NCBI GenBank assembly: GCA_049513575.1
Contig: JBEKVZ010000002.1
Span: 462,186-526,185, forward strand
From: Gemmatimonadales bacterium
GTDB taxonomy: Bacteria; Gemmatimonadota; Gemmatimonadetes; Gemmatimonadales; JACORV01
DNA length: 64,000 nt
Reading direction: 5' to 3'
The notes beneath the pieces are model-generated. The model saw nothing but the letters and a program-made list of their open reading frames with translations, ran no database searches and was not told the DNA's origin. The position numbers and the translations under genes are program-made. Each line of letters opens with the position of its first letter. The first letter of the stretch is position 1. Shown here piece after piece: positions 18,526 through 29,413 of this stretch.

Positions 18526-20052
18526 ATGGCCACACTCGACAAGTTCATCCAGGTGATGTTCCAGCAGGGCGCGTCGGGGATGCGCCTGGCCAGCGGCGCG
18601 GCGGTCGTGCTGGAGGTGGAGGGAGCGGACCGCCCGGTGACCAAGGATGTCCTGACCAAGCCGAAGATCATGGCGCTGCTCCGCGAGATCGCCCCCGACG
18701 GGATGAAGGACCATCTGGACGCGGAGTCGCGGATGGCTTTCGGCTACGCGGTGGACGGGAAGCGGGTGGACGTCGAGATCCTGCACGCCGGCGACGACGT
18801 CACGGTCACCATCGGCCCCGCTAAGCCCCGCCGCTCGAGCGCCGCCATGTCCATGCCGATGGAGGCGCGGGCGCCCTCCGCGGCCCCGGCCGCTGCCGCG
18901 CCGGCCCGCCGCGTGGCCCCGACCGCCGCCGCCGCGGAGGCGTCGTCCGCCGCGGAGGAGCGGATCCAGGAGTTCCTGCACACGCTGGTCGAGTCGGGCT
19001 CCTCCGACCTGCACCTCCGGGTTGGCGAGCCGCCGATCATCCGCAAGCAGGGCGAGATGAAGCGCCTCGAGGGGAAGGAGAGCCTCAGCATCGACGAGAT
19101 GGAGGCGCTCCTCTTCTCGATCATGCCCGATCGCAACAAGAAGGAGTTCGCCGAGACCAACGACAGCGACTTCGCCTACGAGATCCTGGACCTCGCGCGG
19201 TTCCGCTGCAACGTGCTGCGGGACCGGAAGGGCCCTGCGGCTGTCTTCCGTGTCATCCCGACGAAGGTCCAGACCGCCGAGGAGCTGAACCTCTCCGAGG
19301 AGGTGCAGAAGCTCTGCTTCCTCACCAAGGGGCTGGTGCTGGTGACGGGTCCGACGGGATCCGGCAAGTCCACCACGCTCGCCGCGATGGTCGACCTGAT
19401 CAACCGCAAGCGCACGGACCACATCATCACGATCGAGGACCCGATCGAGTTCGTGCACCCCAACAAGAGCTGCGTCATCACGCAGCGGCAGGTCGCCCTG
19501 CACACCGAGTCCTTCAAGCGCGCCCTCAGGGCGGCGCTGCGCGAGGACCCGGACATCGTGCTGGTGGGCGAGATGCGCGACCTTGAGACCGTGGCCATCG
19601 CGATCGAGACGGCGGAGACCGGCCACCTCGTGTTCGGGACGCTGCACACCACCACGGCGGCCTCCACGGTGGACCGCATCATCGACCAGTTCCCGGCCGA
19701 CCGGCAGAGCCAGATCCGCGTGATGCTCTCCGAGTCGCTCAAGGGTGTGGTCGCCCAGATCCTCTGCAAGAAGATCGGCGGCGGCCGCGTGGCGGTCCGC
19801 GAGATCCTGCTGGCGATCCCGGCCATCGCGAACCTCATCCGCGAGGGCAAGACCTTCCAGATCCCCTCGATGATCCAAACCAACAAGAAGATGGGGATGA
19901 TCACGCTCAACGACGCGCTGATGGAGGTCGTCGAGAAGAAGCTCGTGGAGCCGGCCGAGGCTTACATGAAGTGCGCCGACAAGTCGGGTCTCGAGGCCAT
20001 GCTGAGGGCCAAGGGGCACGATATGAGCTTCTTGAAGACGCTGCAGGCGTGA
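18526..20052 (+). CDS. pilT: Type IV pilus retraction ATPase PilT/PilU family with an extra N-terminal PilT-N-like domain
   Basis: SDLHL, GPTGSGKSTT, TIEDPIE, LREDPD, VGEMRD, GHLVFGTLH, AIANLIRE. Confidence 0.9.
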   Translation: MATLDKFIQVMFQQGASGMRLASGAAVVLEVEGADRPVTKDVLTKPKIMALLREIAPDGMKDHLDAESRMAFGYAVDGKRVDVEILHAGDDVTVTIGPAKPRRSSAAMSMPMEARAPSAAPAAAAPARRVAPTAAAAEASSAAEERIQEFLHTLVESGSSDLHLRVGEPPIIRKQGEMKRLEGKESLSIDEMEALLFSIMPDRNKKEFAETNDSDFAYEILDLARFRCNVLRDRKGPAAVFRVIPTKVQTAEELNLSEEVQKLCFLTKGLVLVTGPTGSGKSTTLAAMVDLINRKRTDHIITIEDPIEFVHPNKSCVITQRQVALHTESFKRALRAALREDPDIVLVGEMRDLETVAIAIETAETGHLVFGTLHTTTAASTVDRIIDQFPADRQSQIRVMLSESLKGVVAQILCKKIGGGRVAVREILLAIPAIANLIREGKTFQIPSMIQTNKKMGMITLNDALMEVVEKKLVEPAEAYMKCADKSGLEAMLRAKGHDMSFLKTLQA

Positions 20053-20195
20053 GGGGTGAGAGGCCGGGAGGCGTGAGACGGCGACGTGAGAGGTGAGAAG
20101 ACACAGTGAGAGGTGAGGGGATGCGCCCCCTCACCTCTCACGCGTTTCACCCTCTCACGTCTTACGTCGCCATCTCACCCCTCACGTCTTGCTCC

Positions 20196-20198
<3 letters not shown>
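20050..20198. repeat. Intergenic fold-back element made of GTGAGA/TCTCAC units between convergent pilT and nifJ
   Basis: Left arm GTGAG-rich, right arm CTCAC-rich; GTGAGACGGCGACGT (20073-20087) vs ACGTCGCCATCTCAC (20164-20178). Confidence 0.8.
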
Positions 20199-23765
<3,567 letters not shown>

Positions 23766-23890
23766 TTCAATCTCCGTGTCCGGCGCCTCTGGTCCGCGCG
23801 CAGACCTGGTTGGTGGGTATACCTCGTCCCACCCTCGGTTCCGCAAGATGCGTTCCGGAATTAGGGTGTCTTCGACTTGCAATTGTAAGC

Positions 23891-23905
23891 CGTTGTGGCA
23901 CAACG
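23891..23905. promoter_or_regulatory. Perfect 7-1-7 inverted repeat upstream of nifJ; candidate operator
   Basis: CGTTGTG-G-CACAACG next to a TACAAT hexamer on the minus strand. Confidence 0.4.
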
Positions 23906-23959
23906 AGATGATGCCGGACCGGCAGTGGGTTGCCCGCCGGCCCGGCAGCGAGGATGGGA

Positions 23960-24370
23960 CTAGGCGGTCACCGGGCTTTCCAGAATCTCCACGGCGATGT
24001 CCGGCTGGTGCGTCAGCGTGTGGTGCACGGTGCACGACTCGGCCACGCGCTTCACCGCGTCCCGGTACTTCTCCGGAATGCCCTTCGGCACCGACACGGC
24101 GACCTCGAACATCCCGATGCGGTGCGGATTAGGCGCGGGCGCGGTGAAGACCTGCACTTCCATCCCGGTGGCGTCCAGGCCGCGCGTCACCAGGAACTGC
24201 TGGACGAACAGCGCGACGCAGGTGCCGAGCGCGGCGGGCACCAGCTCGAGCGGCGTGGGGGCGGCGTCCTGGCCACCCCCCTGCGGTGGCTGGTCGACGG
24301 CCACCTTGTGGCCGCGGATGTCGGCGGTGAAGTGGACCCCGCCGTCCCAGGTCACGGTGATCGGCTTCAC
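23960..24370 (-). CDS. OsmC/Ohr family protein
   Basis: PTPLEL, LGTC and ESCTVH two-Cys pattern; GTG start overlaps trxA stop. Confidence 0.88.
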   Translation of the reverse strand: MKPITVTWDGGVHFTADIRGHKVAVDQPPQGGGQDAAPTPLELVPAALGTCVALFVQQFLVTRGLDATGMEVQVFTAPAPNPHRIGMFEVAVSVPKGIPEKYRDAVKRVAESCTVHHTLTHQPDIAVEILESPVTA

Positions 24371-24738
24371 GACTGCGCCGCCGATTTCACGCCGGCCGGC
24401 TGCGTGCCGTTCGACTTCAGGTGCTTGTCGAGCATGTCGGTGAAGAAGGGCAGGGGAGCCGCGCCGAGCACACCGTCCACCACCTCGCCGCCCTTGAAGA
24501 GCGCCACAGTGGGGATGCTGCGGATCCCGTAGGCCATCGAGGTCTGCTGATTCTCATCCACGTTGAGCTTCACGACGCGCACGCGCCCGGCATACAGCTC
24601 GGCGACCTTTTCCAGGACCGGGCCGACCATCCGGCACGGCCCGCACCACGGAGCCCAGAAGTCCACCAGCACGGGAGCGTCGGCCTTCAGCACGTCGCTC
24701 TCGAACGTCGCATCGGAAACGACAGTCACGTTCTGCAT
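24367..24738 (-). CDS. trxA: Thioredoxin
   Basis: VLVDFWAPWCGPC, IRSIPT; SD GAGGA before ATG at 24738. Confidence 0.96.
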   Translation of the reverse strand: MQNVTVVSDATFESDVLKADAPVLVDFWAPWCGPCRMVGPVLEKVAELYAGRVRVVKLNVDENQQTSMAYGIRSIPTVALFKGGEVVDGVLGAAPLPFFTDMLDKHLKSNGTQPAGVKSAAQS

Positions 24739-24844
24739 CAGTTCCTCGTTCGATGAGATGGAGTCGTTGAGGCAGTCGAGCGGATCCGCTCGAGCGCCTG
24801 CTGCAGCAGGTCGGCGCTCAATCCGCACCGCAGCGCCTGCGGTT

Positions 24845-25186
24845 TCACGCGCCGTCCGTCGCGCCGAACTCCCCGGTCGCCGGGAGGTCGCAGTGGCGCA
24901 GGCAGTCGAGCATGCGGATCACCCGCGAGTCTGCGATGTGGTACCAGACGTTGGCGCCGCCCCGGCGGCCCGCCACGATGCCGGCGCCGCGCATCCGCGC
25001 CAGCTGCTGGGAAACCAGGGCCTGCGGTGCCTCGAGCGCCTCCTGAATCTCCTTGACCGTTCGCTCACCCGCTTCGAGCAGCTCGACGATCCTCAGGCGC
25101 ACAGGATGGCCCAAGACCCTGACCATCTCCGCCGCTTCGGCCAGCACCCGCGGATCGAGCGGGGCCCGCTGTAGTTCAGTAGCCAT
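24845..25186 (-). CDS. ArsR/SmtB family transcriptional regulator
   Basis: LGHPVRLRIVELL, VSQQLARMR winged HTH; C-terminal CLRHC. Confidence 0.92.
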   Translation of the reverse strand: MATELQRAPLDPRVLAEAAEMVRVLGHPVRLRIVELLEAGERTVKEIQEALEAPQALVSQQLARMRGAGIVAGRRGGANVWYHIADSRVIRMLDCLRHCDLPATGEFGATDGA

Positions 25187-25222
25187 GGTAGCTATAGTAA
25201 CATAGCGATTACGCTATGGCAA
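25187..25222 (-). promoter_or_regulatory. sigma70 promoter of arsR-trxA-osmC with palindromic operator in the spacer
   Basis: TTGCCA (25222-25217)-N17-TACTAT (25199-25194), 7 nt before ATG; CATAGCG-ATTA-CGCTATG at 25201-25218. Confidence 0.75.
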
Positions 25223-25288
25223 TCCCTCCAAGTTAGGTCGCGTTCCCGGTCCGCCAGCCCAATCTCTGGGCGTTCCAGGTTGTGCCTC

Positions 25289-25323
25289 TTGACAATAGTC
25301 GTGATAACAGATATAATGGTGCC
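25289..25323 (+). promoter_or_regulatory. Consensus sigma70 promoter of marR (leaderless)
   Basis: TTGACA (25289-25294)-N17-TATAAT (25312-25317), 6 nt before ATG 25324. Confidence 0.85.
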
Positions 25324-25791
25324 ATGACGAGACGCTTGCAGGAAGAGATCAAGCAGAGCCGGCCCTTCCGGAGCCTGGAGGAGGAAGTGACGCTGGGGCT
25401 GGCCCGCACGGCGGACGCGATGGCGCGGGCGGGCGAAGAGGTGCTCAAGGGCTCGGGGCTGACGGCGACGCAGTACAACGTGCTACGCATCCTGCGGGGC
25501 GCCGGAACCGCGGGGCTCTCGTGCGGCGACGTCGCGAGCCGGATGATCACGCGGGACCCCGACCTCACGCGGTTGCTGGATCGGCTCGAGGCCCGTGCCC
25601 TGGTGACGCGCGCGAGGGACGGCGAGGACCGGCGGGTCGTGACCACACGGATCACCCAAGCGGGACTCGAACTCCTGGCCCATCTCGACGAACCGGTCCA
25701 GGCGCAGCATCGGAAGTCGCTGGGCCACCTCGGCGAGCAGAAGCTCCAGACACTGGCCCAACTGCTGGACGAAGTTCGGAGCGGGAGTTGA
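25324..25791 (+). CDS. MarR family transcriptional regulator
   Basis: GLTATQYNVLRILRG, DLTRLLDRLE, EDRRVV..ITQAG. Confidence 0.93.
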   Translation: MTRRLQEEIKQSRPFRSLEEEVTLGLARTADAMARAGEEVLKGSGLTATQYNVLRILRGAGTAGLSCGDVASRMITRDPDLTRLLDRLEARALVTRARDGEDRRVVTTRITQAGLELLAHLDEPVQAQHRKSLGHLGEQKLQTLAQLLDEVRSGS

Positions 25792-25809
25792 GCGCTTTCG
25801 GCGGCCGAG

Positions 25810-25825
25810 TAGTCGTGATAACGAC
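25810..25825 (+). promoter_or_regulatory. Candidate MarR operator upstream of yceI
   Basis: TAGTCGTGATAAC identical to marR promoter spacer (25296-25308); GTCGT-GATA-ACGAC palindrome. Confidence 0.6.
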
Positions 25826-25879
25826 AGTCGTAAGGACAGATAGCAGGTACACACCACGAGGAACGAGGAGGACGGGAAC

Positions 25880-26443
25880 ATGACGAGCAACGCAGAGCTG
25901 CCCGTTTGGGCGCCGGATCTAGTGCATTCGAGCATCGGCTTCACGGTGCGGCACCTGGTCGTGTCGAAGGTGCGCGGGAAGTTCGGCCGGTGGACCGGGA
26001 GCATTCTGATGGACGAGCACGACCTGGCCAACACGCAGGTGGACGTCAGCATCGAGACGGCGAGCGTGGACACGGGGGTCGAGCAGCGCGACAACCACCT
26101 CAGGTCCGCGGACTTCTTCGACGTCGAGAAGTACCCGAAGATGGCGTTCACGAGCACACGCGTCGAGAAGGGGAAGGACGGAGAGCTGCGCCTGCACGGG
26201 ACCCTCACGCTGCACGGCGTGACGCGGCCGGTCGTGCTCGACGTCGAGTACGCCGGGACGCAGAAGGACCCGTGGGGTGGCATGCGGGCCGGGTTCAGCG
26301 CCCGCACGTCGCTCGACCGGAAGGACTTCGGTCTGACGTGGAACCAGCTGCTCGAGGCGGGCGGCGTCGCCGTCGGGGACAAGGTGGAGATCGACATCGA
26401 GATCGAGGGGGTGAAGCAGGTTCCGGCGCCTGCCGCCGTTTAG
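25880..26443 (+). CDS. YceI family polyisoprenoid-binding protein
   Basis: HSSIGFTVRH, RDNHLRSADFFD, GTLTLHGVT, RKDFG; SD GAGGAGG. Confidence 0.93.
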   Translation: MTSNAELPVWAPDLVHSSIGFTVRHLVVSKVRGKFGRWTGSILMDEHDLANTQVDVSIETASVDTGVEQRDNHLRSADFFDVEKYPKMAFTSTRVEKGKDGELRLHGTLTLHGVTRPVVLDVEYAGTQKDPWGGMRAGFSARTSLDRKDFGLTWNQLLEAGGVAVGDKVEIDIEIEGVKQVPAPAAV

Positions 26444-26490
26444 GCGGATCGCGCCGCACGATCGGGGGCCGCCGCGGCTATCTTGAAATG

Positions 26491-26967
26491 ATGAAAGCTG
26501 CGGCGGCCTCTGGCTTTTCGAAGGACCAGGTCGAGGTGCTGGATATGGTCAGGCGCTCGGGTGCATTGCCGCTCGACGCCCTGCTCGACCGGGTGGTCGA
26601 GGCGCTGCACGCGCGGTTCCCTCATTACACCGGTGTCTATCTCTACTGGATGGACGGCCCCGACGCGCTGGTCCTGCGCACCCACCGCGGCCGGCCGACG
26701 GAGCATACGCGGATTCCCGTGTCCGTGGGCATCTGCGGGCGCGCGGCACGCGAGAAGCACACGGTGATCGTGGATGACGTCACGGCCGACCCCTCCTACC
26801 TGGCGTGCAATCTCGAGACCAGGAGCGAGATCGTCGTGCCGATCCTGAGGGGCGACGTAGTGTTCGGCGAGATCGACATCGATGGGGACATGGCCAGAGC
26901 CTACGGCCCCGCGGATCAGCGATTTCTTGAGGAGTTGGCCCAACTCATCGCGACGCGGATCCCCTGA
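26491..26967 (+). CDS. msrC: GAF-domain protein, free methionine-(R)-sulfoxide reductase-like
   Basis: GICG, VDDV, YLAC, RSEIVVP, EIDID match the fRMsr pattern; in-frame ATGs at 26488/26491. Confidence 0.8.
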   Translation: MKAAAASGFSKDQVEVLDMVRRSGALPLDALLDRVVEALHARFPHYTGVYLYWMDGPDALVLRTHRGRPTEHTRIPVSVGICGRAAREKHTVIVDDVTADPSYLACNLETRSEIVVPILRGDVVFGEIDIDGDMARAYGPADQRFLEELAQLIATRIP

Positions 26968-27649
26968 TCCGAATCCGTCCGGGCCGCGCCGCAGCGGCGC
27001 CGTGCCGGCCACTGGCCCGAATGGCCGAGTATGGATCGCGCGAGGGCCAACTCGCCTCGGACCGTTCCACGGCGTGATCGGCCAGGCGTGGGCGCCCGAT
27101 GTCTCCAGCCTCCGTGTGCGCCCGTATCGGCGCTGCCGAGGGCCTCTGTAGGGGGCCGTGCGTCGGCTGGGCCAGGGAATACCTTCGGTGCCGAATGAAT
27201 TCGAGGACCAGGGCGGGACCAGGACGCGGGACGGAGCGCCAGCCGCCAGGAGTTGGCGCCACCACCTGCTGCGGTGATCGCCGCGCGTGGCCCGTCGCGC
27301 GCACCGGCGCTACACCCCGTGGACCGGCCGCTCTTTCGACCGGCGGGGATCCCGTCACGTTCACCGATGCAACGCACGTGTGCCCGCGATTAAGTTCGGC
27401 GCCGAACGAATTGCGCGCGCAGCCGGTCCGAACGGTCTGGATACGGCGCCAACGATGGGCTGAGTCGAGCGAAGTCTCGCAAGCGACAGGCCAGGCGCGG
27501 GCACAGCCGCGATCGCGCTCTGAGAGGCCGCTGGGGCGCTCGCTCAGGTGAACTCTCGGAAGGTGCCTTCCAGGGGATGGGTACTGCGCACCAGCGCCGC
27601 CAATTGGGGCGCGGGCATCGACCGGATCTGTTCGGTTGTCCTCCCGATC

Positions 27650-29341
27650 CTAGGTCGTCGTGTACTCGGGCCCGCTGCCCCCCTCGGGCGGCGTGAGCCG
27701 TCCGCCCTTGGCCGAGATCGCCCCGCACTGCACGCAGTTGGGCGCGTTGACCCGCAGCTTCTTCTTCCCGCCGGCGTCCGTGGTCCATTCGTAGACGCCC
27801 GCCGGGCACATGTTGACCCACGCGGTGCCCAGCGCGTCGGGAACGTCGTCCTTCACCAGCAGGTGGCTGGGCTGCGTGTCGCGGGTGCGGTTCCCCGAAG
27901 CGTAGACGCTGGAGAGCTTGTCGAAAGTCAGCTTGCCGTCGGGTTTGGGATACGTGCGCTTCAGAATGCGGACTGGACGGTCGGCGTCGGCGTGGCTCGT
28001 GAACTGCCAGCCGGGGAAGAGCCCGCGCGTCGCCGTCATCAGGCCGGCGAGCGCCGCGCCCGTCACGAGCCCGCCGCCGAACGCCTGCCGCATGTTGCGC
28101 ACGCGGTGGAGGTCGGCGTGGATGAAGCTGCTGCGCACGGCCCGGTCGTAGCCGGCCAACGCCCCCAGTGCGGTGGGGTCGCGCGCCTCTTTGAGCACGC
28201 CGAAGATCGTTTCCGCCGCAAGCATCCCAGACCACATCGCGTAGTGGATGCCTTTGAGCGCCGGCACGTTCACGAATCCGGCGGCATCGCCGGTGAGCAG
28301 CGCACCGCGCAGGCTGAGCTGCTTGGGCAGGGCATGGAAGCCGCCTTCGGGGATCGTCTTGGCGCCCCAGCCGACCCGCGAGCCGCCCTCGAGGATCGGG
28401 CGGATCAGCGGGTGCAGCTTGAGCTGTTGGAGCAGGTCGTGCACCGAGAGCGAGGCATCGGCCCAATCGAGGCCGACGACGAGGCCGATCGAAACCTGCT
28501 TCTCCCCCAGCGGATAGGCGAAGCTGCCGCCGAACTCGCCCGCCGCGCCGCTCCACCTGAGGGGCCAGCCCATTGTGTGGATCACGCGGTCGAGCTTCTG
28601 CGGGACGTCCCAGGTTTCCTTGACGCCGAGCGCGTAGATCTGCGGGTTCCTGCCGTCGAGCCCGAAATGGTGGCTCAGGGCAGCCGCGAGGTGGCCGTTG
28701 GATCCCTCCGATAGCACCGTGGCGCGCGCGTGGATCTCCACGCCCGGCTCGTGGTTGGGGAGCGGCGTCCCGTCGCGGTCCAGACCCTTGTCCCCGGTGA
28801 GCACGCCGCGCACCGCCCCGTCGAGGACGAGCGCTTTCACGGCCGACGTCTCGTTCAGGATGGTGACGCCGAGCCCCTCGGCCTTCTCCGCGAGCCAACG
28901 GCCGATCTCGCTGATCGAAGCGACAAAGTTGCCGTGGTTTCTCATCGTGGGCGGCAGGAGCGGCGCGCGGATCGCCCCGGTCTTGGTCAACAGGTAGAGT
29001 GCCTCGCCCGGGACGGCGCAGCGGAACGGCAGCTCGCTGTCGGCGAGGCCCGGGAACAGCTTCCGGAACGCGACCGGATTGACGACGGCGCCAGAAACGA
29101 GGTGCGCGCCCGGGTACTTCCCCTTCTCGACCACGGCGATGGGGACGTCCCCGAGGCGCTCCTTCACTTCCGGCGCGCCCTCCACCAGCTGGGCGAGCCG
29201 GATGGCGCCAGCCAGGCCGGCGGGGCCGGCGCCCACGAACAGCACGCCGACCTCGATCCGGTCATCGGGCCCGGCTTCGGGGACGTGCAGGAACTCCGTG
29301 TGGTCGATTCTGGGGCGGTAGTCGCCGGGTCGTACGGTCAC
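27650..29341 (-). CDS. ETF-ubiquinone oxidoreductase / FixC-FixX-like flavoprotein
   Basis: VGAGPAGL FAD motif, GAKTIPEGG, GDAAGF, KGIHYAM, DGKLTFDKLSSV, CPAGVY, NCVQC. Confidence 0.9.
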   Translation of the reverse strand: MTVRPGDYRPRIDHTEFLHVPEAGPDDRIEVGVLFVGAGPAGLAGAIRLAQLVEGAPEVKERLGDVPIAVVEKGKYPGAHLVSGAVVNPVAFRKLFPGLADSELPFRCAVPGEALYLLTKTGAIRAPLLPPTMRNHGNFVASISEIGRWLAEKAEGLGVTILNETSAVKALVLDGAVRGVLTGDKGLDRDGTPLPNHEPGVEIHARATVLSEGSNGHLAAALSHHFGLDGRNPQIYALGVKETWDVPQKLDRVIHTMGWPLRWSGAAGEFGGSFAYPLGEKQVSIGLVVGLDWADASLSVHDLLQQLKLHPLIRPILEGGSRVGWGAKTIPEGGFHALPKQLSLRGALLTGDAAGFVNVPALKGIHYAMWSGMLAAETIFGVLKEARDPTALGALAGYDRAVRSSFIHADLHRVRNMRQAFGGGLVTGAALAGLMTATRGLFPGWQFTSHADADRPVRILKRTYPKPDGKLTFDKLSSVYASGNRTRDTQPSHLLVKDDVPDALGTAWVNMCPAGVYEWTTDAGGKKKLRVNAPNCVQCGAISAKGGRLTPPEGGSGPEYTTT

Positions 29342-29413
29342 GCATCCTCCGCAGCGTGCACGAAAGTAGCGTGACCGGCTGGCAGCCGGGAGCCTGCCGG
29401 CGGCTTCGGGCTG

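Noticed and set aside
23891-23905. Assignment of the nifJ palindrome to Rex or FNR
   Set aside because: Half-site spacing (1 bp) does not match TTGTGA-N-TCACAA Rex or TTGAT-N4-ATCAA FNR geometry
24739-24828. N-terminal extension of thioredoxin (153-aa ORF)
   Set aside because: SD GAGGA precedes ATG 24738; the extension is a palindrome-rich intergenic spacer
27440-27470. GCC AAC GAT (A-N-D) resembling a tmRNA tag start
   Set aside because: No ALAA-stop follows and no tRNA-like 5' or 3' ends are present
27528-27560. CTCAGG motif resembling a glycine riboswitch
   Set aside because: Rest of the aptamer is missing, and it lies 3' of two convergent genes with no downstream gene to control
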